From: an uncultured virus (IMG/VR IMGVR_UViG_2841800567_000010) | Lineage: Duplodnaviria; Heunggongvirae; Uroviricota; Caudoviricetes | DNA: 64,000 nt | IMG/VR virus record: IMGVR_UViG_2841800567_000010 | Reading direction: 5' to 3' (one strand) | Part shown: positions 1-11,070 of the stretch, piece by piece | How positions within the stretch are numbered: position 1 is the stretch's first letter | Layout: the number at the start of each line of letters is the position of its first letter | Translations under genes and position numbers: made by a program | Notes under the pieces: model-generated | Databases searched by the model: none | The model's input: the letters and a program-made list of their open reading frames with translations, nothing else | What the model was told of the DNA's origin: nothing

Positions 1-585
1 GACATTCCACATCCATCGGGTGCGCATGGCGTCCTTACGGAAGCTGATTTTTCGCCACTTTCCGTGCTCATCAATACCGCCGCAGGTGACGGAGACGTGG
101 ACATGGGGATGCCAGTTAAGGCGGCGGCCGTACGTATGAATGGGGCAGAATATACCGATATCCAGCCCGCGTTTTCCTGCCGCATACAGCAGGTTGTCGA
201 CGGCCAGGCGGCAGAGGTCGTTGAGCAGCCAGCGGTTGGCTTCAAACAGGGCCCACAGCGTGTCGGGCAGGGTGAAGACCGGGTGTATCCAGTTGCATTC
301 CGGCAGGCGGTTAAGCTGCGCGGCAATCCACAGGTCTGTGGCCTTTTTACCGCAGGACGGACAGGCACGGCTGTGACAGGCGTTGGTAATGTACCTGACG
401 TGAGGACACTGCGCGTTGTCGCAGGCATACTCTTTCACGCCGCTGATGCGGGTGCCGCAGGCCAGCATTTTTGTGACGGCTTCAACTTCGATATCACGCA
501 GGCCGCCGGCATCCAGAAAGGAAGCCGAGCACTGGTTGGTGGTGAAGAGCTTTTTGAGCGGACGGGGGCTGAAATCAGAAACCAC
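1..585 (-). mobile_element. IS91-family (IS801/IS1294-like) HUH transposase, 5' part; runs off the window
   Basis: Minus frame from GTG 585 reads VSDFSPRPLKKLF...KMLACGT...CHSRACPSCGKKA...HTYGRRLNWHPHVHVSVT (Zn finger plus HUH motif). Upstream hairpins at about 856-890 and 927-942 may be terIS. Confidence 0.85.
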
Positions 586-593
586 GGGACAGA

Positions 594-782
594 TTAATTT
601 CCGGCTTCCTGTAGTCGGGTGAGTGCTGCTGCATCGTGATGATGCTCAAGTATGGCGCTGGCGACCATTGCCGGAAGTGGAGCCATGGGCTTCATCAGCT
701 TAATCCAGTCCCATTCACGCTGGGAAAGCTTATCAGCGGCAACGGAGAGCAGGACGGTGTCGATACTTTTACGTGTCATCAT
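594..782 (-). CDS. Small accessory ORF upstream of the IS91-family transposase
   Basis: 62 aa MTRKSIDTVLLSV..., GG-rich RBS, directly precedes the transposase. Confidence 0.55.
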   Translation of the reverse strand: MMTRKSIDTVLLSVAADKLSQREWDWIKLMKPMAPLPAMVASAILEHHHDAAALTRLQEAGN

Positions 783-1037
783 GGTGGTGGTCTCTGAGCA
801 AAATATGTAGCCAGATCATACATATTCGAACCAGTGAATGGCAACGCCGGGTCAGGCTGACGGCACGGTTTTCAATTTGCGGCCGTCAGGCTGCCCTGTT
901 CTCTTCAGTACCGTCTGGCGCCTTCATGCGCTTACGCGCATAAAATACTCTTAGGCCTGTTTGTGATTTATTCTGCGGAAACGAATATGTCATTGCTGAT
1001 ATGATCGTGACTCAATTAAGGAAGAAAGGAATGTCAC

Positions 1038-1697
1038 ATGGATACGGATGAAGGTGTGAAAATTGTCATGTCCCCGGTACAACTGGCGGCGCTTTTATCT
1101 GACAAAAGCGTCAGCGAGGGAGAAACCATGAGCAACCGCCTCTATGGTGGTCTGGGACTTGCCAGCGGCATTGTTGAAATGTTTGGGGCCGGTGCGATGT
1201 GTATCGTACCGGAACCTACGATGCTGACCAAAGCAGGATGCGTCATCGTGGGCACTCACGGTCTCGATACCATCCAGTCCTCACTCCGTCAGGTCTGGTC
1301 CGGGCGTGATATCCGCAGTGATACGTATAACGTGGCGGTTTCACTGGCCAGCTCTCTGGGGGCTGACAGAAAAACGGCAATGAAGGTGGGATTTACGGTC
1401 GATCTGGCCATCCCTGTTGCATTCTCACTCGCAATTGGTGCCGTGCGGGTCATTTCGATCAGAAGTGGCCGGATAAAATTGGCGTCTTATGAGGCTCCTT
1501 CCGGAAGCCGTTCTGGTGGACACACCATCGAAAAGCACGCAGGCAAATCAGCAGATGAATTATTTACACGGCTCGGGTCGTCCCCGAGGCTCATGCAGTC
1601 GAGCAGTTTCATCTCTGTGCAGGATGCAGAAATCCTTATTTCAAAAGTACTCAGGAACAATAAAAATCAGATTGCCATTCTGGCTAAAAATGTCCCA
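1038..1697 (+). pseudogene. Polymorphic-toxin-like protein with CdiA-CT RNase A-like domain, truncated by IS91
   Basis: AAGGA RBS; GGHTIEKHAGKS..L..RL...SSSF motif; the frame runs into the IS at 1698. Confidence 0.7.
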
Positions 1698-3150
1698 GAA
1701 CGTAGCACGCCTGCGGCGTGAGCGGCGCTGCTGCGCAGCTTCGGGTGTTTGCATGACCGGCGCTCCGCTTTATACTCTGCAACCATGCATATCCCCCGCC
1801 CCGCCAAACTCCTCTTCACCGTCGATGACGGCTGGAACCGCTACCTCGAAAAACACGGCGACAGCATCAGCCAGTGGACCCGTCTCTCCGTTGAGCGCAT
1901 GCTCGCCTGTGGCACCTGCGCCATGGGCGTCCGCCGCTAATGCTGCGCCTCGCCGGACTGCACACACTCCCGTTTCTTCTGCCAGAGCTGCAAGTCAAAG
2001 GCCTGCAGCGCCTGCGGCATGAAGTCCACCGAGCAGTGGATCGCGGAGCAACAGCACGTCCTCCCCGACTGCGAATGGCAGCACATCACCTTTACCATGC
2101 CCCACCTGTTGTGGCCGTTCTTCAACAACAACTGGCCCCTGCTCAATGACCTGTTCCGCTGCGCCACCCGGGCCATGCTGAAGTGGGCACGCCGGCAGGG
2201 CATAGAGGTCGGTATCTTCTGTGCCCTGCATACTTACGGCCGGCAGCTGAATCAGCACCCGCACATCCACGTTTCCGTCACCCGTGGCGGACTTGACGTA
2301 AAGCACGGCGTCTGGCGCAGCCTTTTCTTCAAAAAGAAGGTCGTTGAAGAAATCTGGCGGGGGGCCGTTACCCGCCTGCTGCGCGGCAGCTATGAGCGGG
2401 TCAGTCCCGGCACCCTGCCGGGCCTGGGCCACATCCGCGATGAGCGCCAGTGGCGGCGTTACCTGAAGGCACAGTATGGCCGGCACTGGAAGGTACACTT
2501 CGCGAAGAAGACCCGGGGAGCCTGGCACAGCGTGAAGTTCCTGGGACGCTACCTGAAGCGCCCGCCGGTATCGGCTTCACGGCTGCGACACTATGCCGGC
2601 GGCGCGGTGGTCCACCATTACCTCGATCACCGCACGGGGAAGCATAAACGCCAGACGCTGAGTCAGGAAGAGATGATCGGGCGCTATATCAGCCACGTTC
2701 CGGCGCGGCATTTTAAGATGGTGCGCTACTCCGGCTTTCTGTCCAACCGCAAGCGGGGTACGCTGCTGCCGAAAGTCTGGGAAGCGCTGTCGATGACGGA
2801 ACGGGAAAAACCGAAGCGGCCCGGGTTTGCGGTGCTGATGAAGGGCTTCCTGGGCACGGATCCGTACCAGTGCATCCTCTGCAAAGGCCGGCTGCGTTTT
2901 GCCGGCGCCGTGGCGGGTAAGCACGCCACAAAAATGCTCTCTGACAGGCTGCATCAGATGGCGAAAAAACGATGGCTGCGGATGCCTGAGCTGGATCGGT
3001 GCGCCTGAAAAACAGGTTTCAGTTTAAAAATACGTCGAAGATGACATTTTTACATCAAACCCTACGTAGATTCCCGGCATCACAGGAAAGGATCATGCCA
3101 CTTTTCATGGTCAGGCGATCTAAAAAGAAGCGATTCAATTTCCTAACCAT
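1698..3150 (+). mobile_element. IS91-family element copy 1 (1453 bp)
   Basis: Begins GAACGTAGCACG, ends TTCCTAACCAT, followed by target GAAC; matches 11361-12813; no TSD. Confidence 0.95.
1785..3008 (+). pseudogene. IS91 transposase with in-frame TAA at 1938-1940
   Basis: MHIPRPAKLLF...MGVRR*CCASPDC...CKSKACSACG...HPHIH...YLKRPP, all in one frame. Confidence 0.9.
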
Positions 3151-3486
3151 GAACGCGGTGCACACTTCCGCTCTTTAACAGACAGTATTGATACCAGCAC
3201 CGCTATGGGGCGATTCTTTTTCCACGTGATGTCGGCACTGGCGGAGATGGAACGCGAGCTAATCGTCGAACGAACACTGGCCGGGCTGGCAGCGGCCAGA
3301 GCACAGGGACGCATAGGTGGAAGGCCCAACGCATTAAAGCCGCATGAGCAGGAACAGATTGGGCGGCTATTGGCTAAGGGGCATACTCGCCAGCAGTTGG
3401 CCATTATCTACGGTGTGGGGTTATCGACGCTTTATCGATATTTTCCGGTGGACGGTCAGAGAGAGGATCGCCCAGTGGGATTGTAA
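3151..3486 (+). pseudogene. Hin/Pin-type serine DNA invertase, 3' half
   Basis: ERGAHFRSLTDSIDTSTAMGRFFFHVMSALAEMERELIVERT...GGRP...STLYRYFP; 5' half missing. Confidence 0.9.
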
Positions 3487-3570
3487 TTCTTTTGCAAATA
3501 TTGAAACGCCGCAGCGAAGCCATTTATCTCACGGAAATGGGTGCATTTATCGCGCGGCGCATCAGCATCT

Positions 3571-3747
3571 CTATCGCCTCTGGAGGATCTCGCCACGCGC
3601 CAGTAGCTCGCTAATGATCATCCGCCCTAATTCCAGCACAGAAATGCCGTGCAGCACCATCGCCTGACAGGCAAACGGCGTATGCAAACCATGCGTGATG
3701 ACGATACGATCACCCTTTCGGGTCAGCAACGATAACGTTTCAGACAT
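3571..3747 (-). pseudogene. fadI: Acetyl-CoA C-acyltransferase FadI, 5' remnant
   Basis: MSETLSLLTRKGDRIVITHGLHTPFACQ...LGRMIISELLARGEI resembles the FadI N-terminus; syntenic with yfcZ-fadL. Confidence 0.75.
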
Positions 3748-3920
3748 GCTTTTCCCCTTTAGAATCGCAACGGGCCGTTTGGCCTGAAGAGGTCTGACCT
3801 GTTTATTGTTAATCAGGTTCTTACATTTTGCACAAGGGAGATGCTGAAAACAGGAGAATGAACACATTTTAGCGAAAAGCAAGCGGGCTGGCTCGTCCGC
3901 CAACCCTTCAGAAGAGGACG

Positions 3921-4217
3921 TTATCGCAGACCAAGCTGAAAAATCATGGTTTCAGCCTGACAGCTGAAAGTAAAATGTGCGTCAAGCTGAACGCCTTGCG
4001 GCAACTCCGTCAGACTGGCATTGATTTTACAAGGCTCCGATTCCACACAGCGTGCTTTTTCAGTCAGTTCCGCCAGCGTCTGCTCTGCCTGCTGACGACT
4101 GGTGAAAAGCTGACGCCAGATGGCTGTACAGTCTGTGTTGTCAATAATGGTGCCAACATCGACACAGCAGCAGGTTGCCGTTTCATTAGCACTGCATTTT
4201 TTTATCGCATCAGTCAT
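3921..4217 (-). CDS. yfcZ: YfcZ/YiiS family (DUF406) protein
   Basis: CSANETATCCCVDVGTIIDN...FSCQAETMIFQLGLR; synteny. Confidence 0.9.
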   Translation of the reverse strand: MTDAIKKCSANETATCCCVDVGTIIDNTDCTAIWRQLFTSRQQAEQTLAELTEKARCVESEPCKINASLTELPQGVQLDAHFTFSCQAETMIFQLGLR

Positions 4218-4586
4218 ATAAGGTCTCCGGTTAGACGGTGTTTGCACACTGGCTTTGCATTAGCAGAATGCCCACAGTTTACTCAGCTGCGTTTAATTTG
4301 TCCGCTGACGGATTCGGCTCATGACGTTAAGTGACGAATATCACAGTAAAAATTGATCTGAAACATCTCTGACGCAAACAACCGCAGAACATTGTTATTT
4401 TTTGTTATGATTAACGCTTTTCTTGGATCATTTCTGAAATATTTATAAATCAATATTGCCACTGCGTAACAGGTCAGACCTATACTGGGGCCACTGGTCT
4501 GATTTGTCAGTTGTTATTCCGTCCCTGCACTCCCCGGCATTTGTTACTTGATGCAACAGAGTAAATAATAATCAGATAATGAGGTT

Positions 4587-5876
4587 GTGGTCATGAACCA
4601 TAAAAACCTGTTTGCAAAGTCGGCTTTAGCCATGGCAGTGGTGCTTGTTTCTTCAACCGTCTGGTCAGCAGGCTTCCAGCTTAATGAATTTTCCGCTATT
4701 GGTCTGGGCCGGGCTTATTCAGGTGAAGGTGCGATGGGGGACACGGCAGCCTCAGCCAGCCGTAATCCGGCAACCATGGTACTGATGGATAGTCCTGAGT
4801 TTTCCATTGGCGCGGTGTTTATCGACCCCGACGTCAGCGTCAACGGCGGCAGTCCGACCGGATGGAGTCTCAACGCCAGTAATATCGCGCCGTCGCAATG
4901 GGTACCCAATATTCACTATGTTCAACCATTAAATGATCGTTGGTGGCTGGGCGCGTCGGCGACATCGAATTACGGGCTGGCGACTGAGTACAATAATGAC
5001 TACACCGCAGGGTTCTACGCCGGAAAAACGGGCCTGCAAACCATGAATCTGAATTTGAGCACGGCTTATCGGCTCAACGAACATTTTAGCTTTGGCGTGG
5101 GATTCGATGCCGTTTATGCAAGAGCCAAAATTGAACGCTATGCCGGTGAGTCAGGCCAGGCGCTGGGGTTACCCTCAGATACTCAAATCGCACACCTGAA
5201 AGGGGACGAATGGGGCTATGGCTGGAATACCGGGGTTTTATATGAGGTTGATAAAGATAACCGGTTTGGTTTCACCTATCGCTCTGAAGTCAAGGTTGAT
5301 TTTGACGGCAATTACAGAAGCGACCTGCCTGGCTCCATTAACCCGCTAAACCAGACGCTGAACCTTGGGTTACCGTACGCAACCAGTGGCTCAACCATCC
5401 CCGGAGCCTTAACACTCAACCTGCCTGAAGTATGGGAAGTCTCCGGCTATCATAAGGTTGCTCCTCAATGGGTCATTCATTACAGCATGGCCTACACCAG
5501 CTGGAGTCAGTTCCAGGAGCTGAAAGCAACGGGTAGCAGTGGCCAGACGCTGTTCCAAAAAGATAAAAGTTACAGAGATGCTTACAGAATCGCGTTAGGT
5601 ACATCTTACTTTTATGATGATGACTGGACATTCCGCGCAGGCATTGCCTTCGATGACAGCCCGGTACCGACCGATAACCGCACCATCTCCATACCCGATC
5701 AGGACCGTTTATGGCTAAGTACCGGTACCTCTTATGCTTTCAATCAGGATACCTCAGTTGACCTGGGTATTTCCTATATGCACGGCCAGGATGTCACCGT
5801 TAAAGAAGGCCCTTACACTTTCCATTCAACCGGCAAAGCATGGTTGTATGGCGCGAACTTTAACTATAAATTTTAA
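4587..5876 (+). CDS. fadL: Long-chain fatty acid outer membrane transporter
   Basis: [25 protein letters not shown] motif, C-terminal NFNYKF. Confidence 0.97.
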   Translation: MVMNHKNLFAKSALAMAVVLVSSTVWSAGFQLNEFSAIGLGRAYSGEGAMGDTAASASRNPATMVLMDSPEFSIGAVFIDPDVSVNGGSPTGWSLNASNIAPSQWVPNIHYVQPLNDRWWLGASATSNYGLATEYNNDYTAGFYAGKTGLQTMNLNLSTAYRLNEHFSFGVGFDAVYARAKIERYAGESGQALGLPSDTQIAHLKGDEWGYGWNTGVLYEVDKDNRFGFTYRSEVKVDFDGNYRSDLPGSINPLNQTLNLGLPYATSGSTIPGALTLNLPEVWEVSGYHKVAPQWVIHYSMAYTSWSQFQELKATGSSGQTLFQKDKSYRDAYRIALGTSYFYDDDWTFRAGIAFDDSPVPTDNRTISIPDQDRLWLSTGTSYAFNQDTSVDLGISYMHGQDVTVKEGPYTFHSTGKAWLYGANFNYKF

Positions 5877-5923
5877 TGGCGACACATATGCAGCAGGCCT
5901 GTCATTGACAGACCTTTTTTTAG

Positions 5924-6685
5924 CTAGTTGGCATCAATATCATTCAGATCGCCCTGAATTGCCGCCGCATTTGAATTCTCCTGCGGAGTGAGTTTCCCCC
6001 CTCTCGCCAGGAAGTCATGACGCTGGAAGTAGGCTGCCCTGACGAATGAATAAGGGTCGCCGGTATTATGCAGCATCGCATCGCTGTCAAGCAGCCGCGC
6101 ACGGGTTTCCACCACCTCCAGCGTCCATTTGCCAACAGACATCCACCACGTCAGCAAGCCCAGCGGGGCGTAAAGATTATCAACCAGGCCACCTACATCT
6201 TCCCGCGGGGTAAAATTGCCATAGCCCGGCAGAACTACATAGGTTCCATAGCCCACGCCATAGTTGCCCAGCGTACTGCCAAAACGGTGCGGTTCTTCTT
6301 TAGCCAGCGCAGGATTTGCCATTCCGGCAACATCAATAAAACCGCCCATTCCAAGAATAGTGTTCAGGAAAAAACGATTGAAATGGATCATTGCTTTGTA
6401 GGGCTTACCTTCCACAAAATAGTTCACCATGGTCGATGGCTCACTGAGGTTCCCCAGGAAATTGCTTATACCGGTTCGCGCTGGGACAGGAACATAGTCA
6501 CGCCATGCCACTGCCACGGGACGGACAATGTAAGGATCGAGCACAGTATAGTTAAAGTTGAACATGGAGCGGTTAAAGCCTTCCAACGGATCGGGTCTGC
6601 CCTGCGGCTGATCCGCCCTTTGTGAACTGGCACAGCCAAACAGCAGCATACTGGCGAGCGCGATGCCCATCACACGGTAGCTCAT
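5924..6685 (-). CDS. mlaA: Phospholipid-binding lipoprotein MlaA/VacJ
   Basis: Lipobox LLFGC; DPLEGFNRSMFNFN; synteny. Confidence 0.97.
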   Translation of the reverse strand: MSYRVMGIALASMLLFGCASSQRADQPQGRPDPLEGFNRSMFNFNYTVLDPYIVRPVAVAWRDYVPVPARTGISNFLGNLSEPSTMVNYFVEGKPYKAMIHFNRFFLNTILGMGGFIDVAGMANPALAKEEPHRFGSTLGNYGVGYGTYVVLPGYGNFTPREDVGGLVDNLYAPLGLLTWWMSVGKWTLEVVETRARLLDSDAMLHNTGDPYSFVRAAYFQRHDFLARGGKLTPQENSNAAAIQGDLNDIDAN

Positions 6686-6814
6686 ATCATTCTCCCTGTA
6701 GCAAGTAGTAGGTATGTATATTTTTGTTGATGAATGTTAACGGACTGAGAAAGCTTGCACTTAAAATATAGGACCGTGGATCTGCTTAAGTGCAAAAGAT
6801 AGCAGCTCCTCTAT

Positions 6815-6853
6815 CGACTGTTAAAAGAGAGATACACTCTCTTTTAACAGTCG
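6815..6853. repeat. Perfect 17-bp inverted repeat with 5-nt loop
   Basis: CGACTGTTAAAAGAGAG-ATACA-CTCTCTTTTAACAGTCG. Confidence 0.9.
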
Positions 6854-7043
6854 TGCGCCAGAGTAAAACAGCGACAAAAATATACATTACTCTGCCTGCA
6901 GGCAACATTTTTTCTGGCAGTATTATTATCGGACGTGATGGAAAATCAGCCTGCTGCAGCCTTCATCGCTGCAAGGTCAGATAATCACGCTGAAGTTATT
7001 GAGGTTAAGTAACGTATTTCTGTTTCTCTGCTTTGCGCACAGA

Positions 7044-7433
7044 TTAACGCTGGCCCAGTCGACGTATTCTGGCTCGTAAAAGAATGAGCGCTGCCCCTAA
7101 AAATGCAAAAAGTGCAGGGCCGGCCCAGAGAAGGAGATTAGAAGACCGATCAACCACATCGGGACAATGACTGTCCACCATTTGCGCGTTTATTTCGTCA
7201 GATTTCTTTCTTATCATCTGCGACTGAAACGTTATGAGCCTCATATCAGCCGCAATAAATGAACCGGAATCAGCAATACTTTTGTACTGACATTCAGGGC
7301 AACGTAGTGTTTCAGTGAAGTAAGGATATTGTTGTTCCGCAATTGCAGAAAATGTTGAGCTGTAGGTCGTCTCAGACAGCACCTTAGTCGCCGCCAGCAG
7401 TAATGACATCAGTAAAATGATGCAGATCTTCAT
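7044..7433 (-). CDS. Orphan CcmH/NrfF-like cytochrome c biogenesis protein, probably degenerate
   Basis: Signal peptide, LRCPECQYKSIADS motif, C-terminal LLWAGP transmembrane segment. Confidence 0.7.
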   Translation of the reverse strand: MKICIILLMSLLLAATKVLSETTYSSTFSAIAEQQYPYFTETLRCPECQYKSIADSGSFIAADMRLITFQSQMIRKKSDEINAQMVDSHCPDVVDRSSNLLLWAGPALFAFLGAALILLRARIRRLGQR

Positions 7434-8387
7434 GGATTTCGCCTCCTTGCCTGATTTATCTTTCAGTTACTTTTTGAGTATTCCCTCACCCACTATGCAA
7501 ACCGTCTTACTTTGTGACAATGAACATTTCATTGCCATTTTTCAGAGGAATCCTCAGGACGTCCTGAGCACTTTCATTAGCCCAGAGCATACCGTCACCC
7601 TCTCACAGACTCAATTAATAAGCATTATCCGGAGCAATTATCCGCTTTAGTTCTTTAATCAGGTTTCTTACAGGATTACATTTCATTTTCCGATAATTCA
7701 TGAAGTTACACTTTTTTTACTAAGGATCCCGGCCACCTCCTCAACAGGCTTTACGCCACTTACTCTGTGTTATGAACCACAAGGAATGAGAAACAGCGTA
7801 GGCAGGAAATAAATGAAAAAAAACGGGATTTCGCGGGTATGGAATCGGCTTGTGGCACTATGTTATAGATTAACCCTGCAAAGAAAAGTGCATTTTTTGA
7901 AATGAGAAAAAATTCTGTGTAACTGCTTTTGAGTCACTTATTCTGATAAAGCGAGGGACCGCATCAATCAGCGTTTAAATCATTTTTAAATCGCCTTTAG
8001 ACAACGGGGCTAATGAAGCCCCTCAACCCGTTTGCTTGTCACCTGGCTTGTGGCCAGATACTGACGAGTGAGTCCTCTCTATGTTGGCTAAAAGCTCAAG
8101 ACGCTCCTGGTCTGTCATGGAATCGTATCTCAGAGCCATGACCATAGCGTTGTGCGATATGCCGGTTTTCTCTGGAAAGTCATCAGGCCAAGGGAAGAAA
8201 GAAAAAAATGCCCGGGACGGCTAGCTATCAGATCTGCATAACTCACTGGTATCAATCGCAACTAACCTGTTTAAAGCAAACACGGTAAGCTGCGATTTTC
8301 AAAGGACGGACTGAAAGCCAGACATTATTTTGTCGCCTGGCAATATCGACTGCTTTTCTGCTAACCCTACAGCACGGACCGCGGCGC

Positions 8388-8489
8388 TCAGTTAAACAGG
8401 GCGAAAGTACTGGCGTAATATCCCGCAGCAAACACAATGTAACTTAGCCAGATAGCAATAATTATGGTGAGCGTTAATTTGGTTGGCAT
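8388..8489 (-). CDS. 33-aa small membrane protein
   Basis: GAGGA RBS, MPTKLTLTIIIAIWLSYIVFAAGYYASTFALFN*; below the ORF-track cutoff. Confidence 0.5.
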   Translation of the reverse strand: MPTKLTLTIIIAIWLSYIVFAAGYYASTFALFN

Positions 8490-8737
8490 AGTAAATTCCT
8501 CAGGAATGATTCAGACAGGGGATTTCGGATTAAAGTATTCCTGAGTGATGAGAGTAATATTGATCTGGCCCAACTTTTTCGGGAATTGCACGTTTCAGTA
8601 AGGGCAGACTCAGAACCGGGGATGATGGCTTATCGACGAGCATCAAGCCCCTGGCAAAGAAAGCATTGATGACAAAAACATCAGTCAGATAGATAACTGC
8701 TTAATCTGCTGATAAAACTACAATATACTGCCGACAC

Positions 8738-9630
8738 TGTCTCCTTAGAGCCTGTCTCAACAGGATGTTATTCCATACGATAAGACCACAGGCAAAATGC
8801 AACAGGACCTCGTCATTTTCAGACGTCTTTTCCCGTCGGGTCAGGGGCTGGCGAAACCGGTTCATCCCGCTATGAACCCTCCCGACGGCCCACCTGTGGA
8901 CCCTGACCTCCCCTGATTTACTGGCATCGGATTCCTCTTTTCGGGGCTGAATATGAGGCTCGTAACGGCGGCTTTGCAGCTATGTTTTCAGCCAGACCGC
9001 TTCGTCGCCGTTGCCCGGGCATAGCCCGGGTTTTTGCACCTGACGCCCCGTCTGAAGAGCATCAGGTGTATCCGCAACCAGTCTGATATCATGGGTGTTC
9101 GCCGCTGCAACGACCCGTGAAAGAGGAAGCCCGCGGGCATCTGTCATCAGACTGCGCTTTACGCCCTGTTTCCCTCGGTCCGTGGGGTTGCGGCCAGTTT
9201 TTTGTCCCTGACAGCGGCGATGTGGTCATGCAGCCATCTGTTGATAACCATGACCAGTCAGTGCCGTCCGGATGTTCGCAGGCAGGCAAGGCGTTCTGCC
9301 AGAAGCGTTCAAACACCCCGGCATCCCGCCCCTCCTGAAATCGTCGGTGGGCAGAGCCTGACGAGCAGCGCTCTGTGGCATTGAGGGCATTCCACTGGCA
9401 ACCCGTTCTGAGTACAAAGAAAACAGCGTTCATTGCAGCACGATTATCAACCCGCCGACGATGCGTACCCGGCGGATGCTGAGTTTTATGTTCAGGGATG
9501 GGAGGAGCCATTTTCTCCCAAAGTTAAACGCTGATTTGCCACTTGCTGCCCGCCATTCTTCGCCCTCAGAAATTGCCATTTTTTAGTATCTGGCAATCCC
9601 TTCCGGGATAGGTTCTTAGTTAAATGGATA
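8738..9630 (+). other. attL of prophage 1 (copy of the tRNA-Arg 5' end), split by IS5
   Basis: TGTCTCCTTA[IS]TTAGTTAAATGGATA reconstitutes the 22 bp at 22495-22516. Confidence 0.9.
8748..9615 (-). mobile_element. IS5-family element with degenerate transposase
   Basis: Imperfect TIRs GAGCCTGTCTC/GAACCTATCCC, TTA duplication, VLRTGCQWNAL motif, stops and frameshifts. Confidence 0.85.
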
Positions 9631-9839
9631 AAAATAAAACAATAAGTATCATATACATAATATGGTTGTTTTGTTTTTTATGTACCAATCCATGTACGCA
9701 CTATCATTCGGTTAAACTCATCTCTTAGTCTTTTCCCGTAATGTTGAACAACTCCCAAATTTTCTCATTACTGATTTATTCATTGTTAATCCACTACTAA
9801 TTTTCTGTATATTAAACCAGTATAAATCAGAGGTGTAAT

Positions 9840-10085
9840 ATGTACGTCGAACTCATCTATGACAAACGCAATGTTGAAGAGCTGCCGAACGCTAAAGCGC
9901 TGATCCTGGCTGAACTGGAGAAGCGTGTGCACCGTATCTTCCCTCAGGCAGAAGTAAAAGTGAAACCAATGATGGGTAACAGCAGCATTAACACCGATGC
10001 CAGCAAAAGCGAAAAAGAGAAGCTCAACAGACTGCTGGAAGAAATGTTTGAGGAGGCTGATATGTGGCTGGTGAATGAAGTTTAA
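9840..10085 (+). CDS. DinI-like family protein
   Basis: MYVELIYDKRNV...EMFEEADMWL; typical prophage-end gene; GAGG RBS. Confidence 0.85.
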   Translation: MYVELIYDKRNVEELPNAKALILAELEKRVHRIFPQAEVKVKPMMGNSSINTDASKSEKEKLNRLLEEMFEEADMWLVNEV

Positions 10086-10255
10086 AAATAGTCCTAAGCC
10101 TGGTGTGCCGGGCAATTGAGTCCCCGCGCCTGTGTTTAAATCTGTACGCCCATCCAGACTGTTTAAATCACCATAATTTACTAATGTTAAGGCCAGGTTA
10201 TGATTAGGTAATCCGATGAAGGGATTTCAATAGCGCTGGTACAAGGAGATTACTG

Positions 10256-10730
10256 ATGGATACTGTTGAGAAAATTGATGGATACTTCTATGGCGGATTA
10301 TCGCGGATTCACCAACCTGTCTCCAGGTGAGCTTTTTTTCTGGGTGTCCGTAGATGTTGTCTCTAAACATTTTGTCGGGCTGGTAACATCCACAGTGAAT
10401 CTTGCTGCCGCAGCAATTCTACTCGCTGGTGATAACAATATCTACGTTCCTGGCAAATTAGGTGGCGCAACGTATGGCACGTCACGCGCCTCCCTGTGGT
10501 GCCGGAAATATATTAAAAACTTTACGCTTTCCCGCCCCGTCCCAACCCTGGTTGGCGGCCCAAATCCGTTCAAGGTGAAGATTCGGACGACAAATAATCT
10601 TGCCGCTGCAATTGGAAGAACAATACCAGTAGTAGGATGGGTGATTGTTGGTTCTGATATTGGTCTCATCATGTGGAAAGCTGTTAACAAATACAACAAT
10701 ATAGTCAAGAAGGAAGACCGTATATGGTAG
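10256..10730 (+). CDS. STM2901-like putative toxin/membrane protein; 5' frameshift from a 10-bp duplication
   Basis: AAGGAG RBS, MDTVEKIDGYFYG; GKLGGAT.GTS.AS and GRTIPVVGW motifs. Confidence 0.6.
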
Positions 10731-11029
10731 ATAAAAATATCGAAAAGTCCGTATTCGATTTAATTGAAACCTATAACGGACCTGGGCTTTTCAGTAGTAA
10801 GCGCCCTGTATTGAAGAGAGAAACCGATTTGAATGATGACTTCAGGATGCTTCCTGAGGACGCCTATGATTTATTGGTTAAATATGCTGAGACATTCAAT
10901 TTAAATCCTAAAGACATTAATTTTCAGAGATATTTCCCCGATGACCTGAGCGCTCCTCACGCCCCAATTACGATAGACCTTTTAATTCGTTCAGCAGAGA
11001 TTGGGGTATGGCAGGATATTAAATTATGA
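10724..11029 (+). CDS. DUF1493-like putative immunity protein
   Basis: Overlaps the upstream gene; TDLNDDF...INFQRYFP...PITIDLLIRSAEIGVW. Confidence 0.7.
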   Translation: MVDKNIEKSVFDLIETYNGPGLFSSKRPVLKRETDLNDDFRMLPEDAYDLLVKYAETFNLNPKDINFQRYFPDDLSAPHAPITIDLLIRSAEIGVWQDIKL

Positions 11030-11070
11030 ATGATATTTACCCATCATAATTTTAAATTTATGGACAGTAA

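Noticed and set aside
64..597. 177-aa plus-strand ORF, and similar antisense ORFs at 1995-2528 and 11658-12191
   Set aside because: Shadow frames of IS91 transposases.
3151..3486. Active tail-fibre inversion system
   Set aside because: The catalytic N-terminus is missing and no inverted crossover sites are seen.
7417..8250. Short ORFs in the AT-rich intergenic region
   Set aside because: No convincing RBS or recognisable motifs; probably eroded or regulatory DNA.
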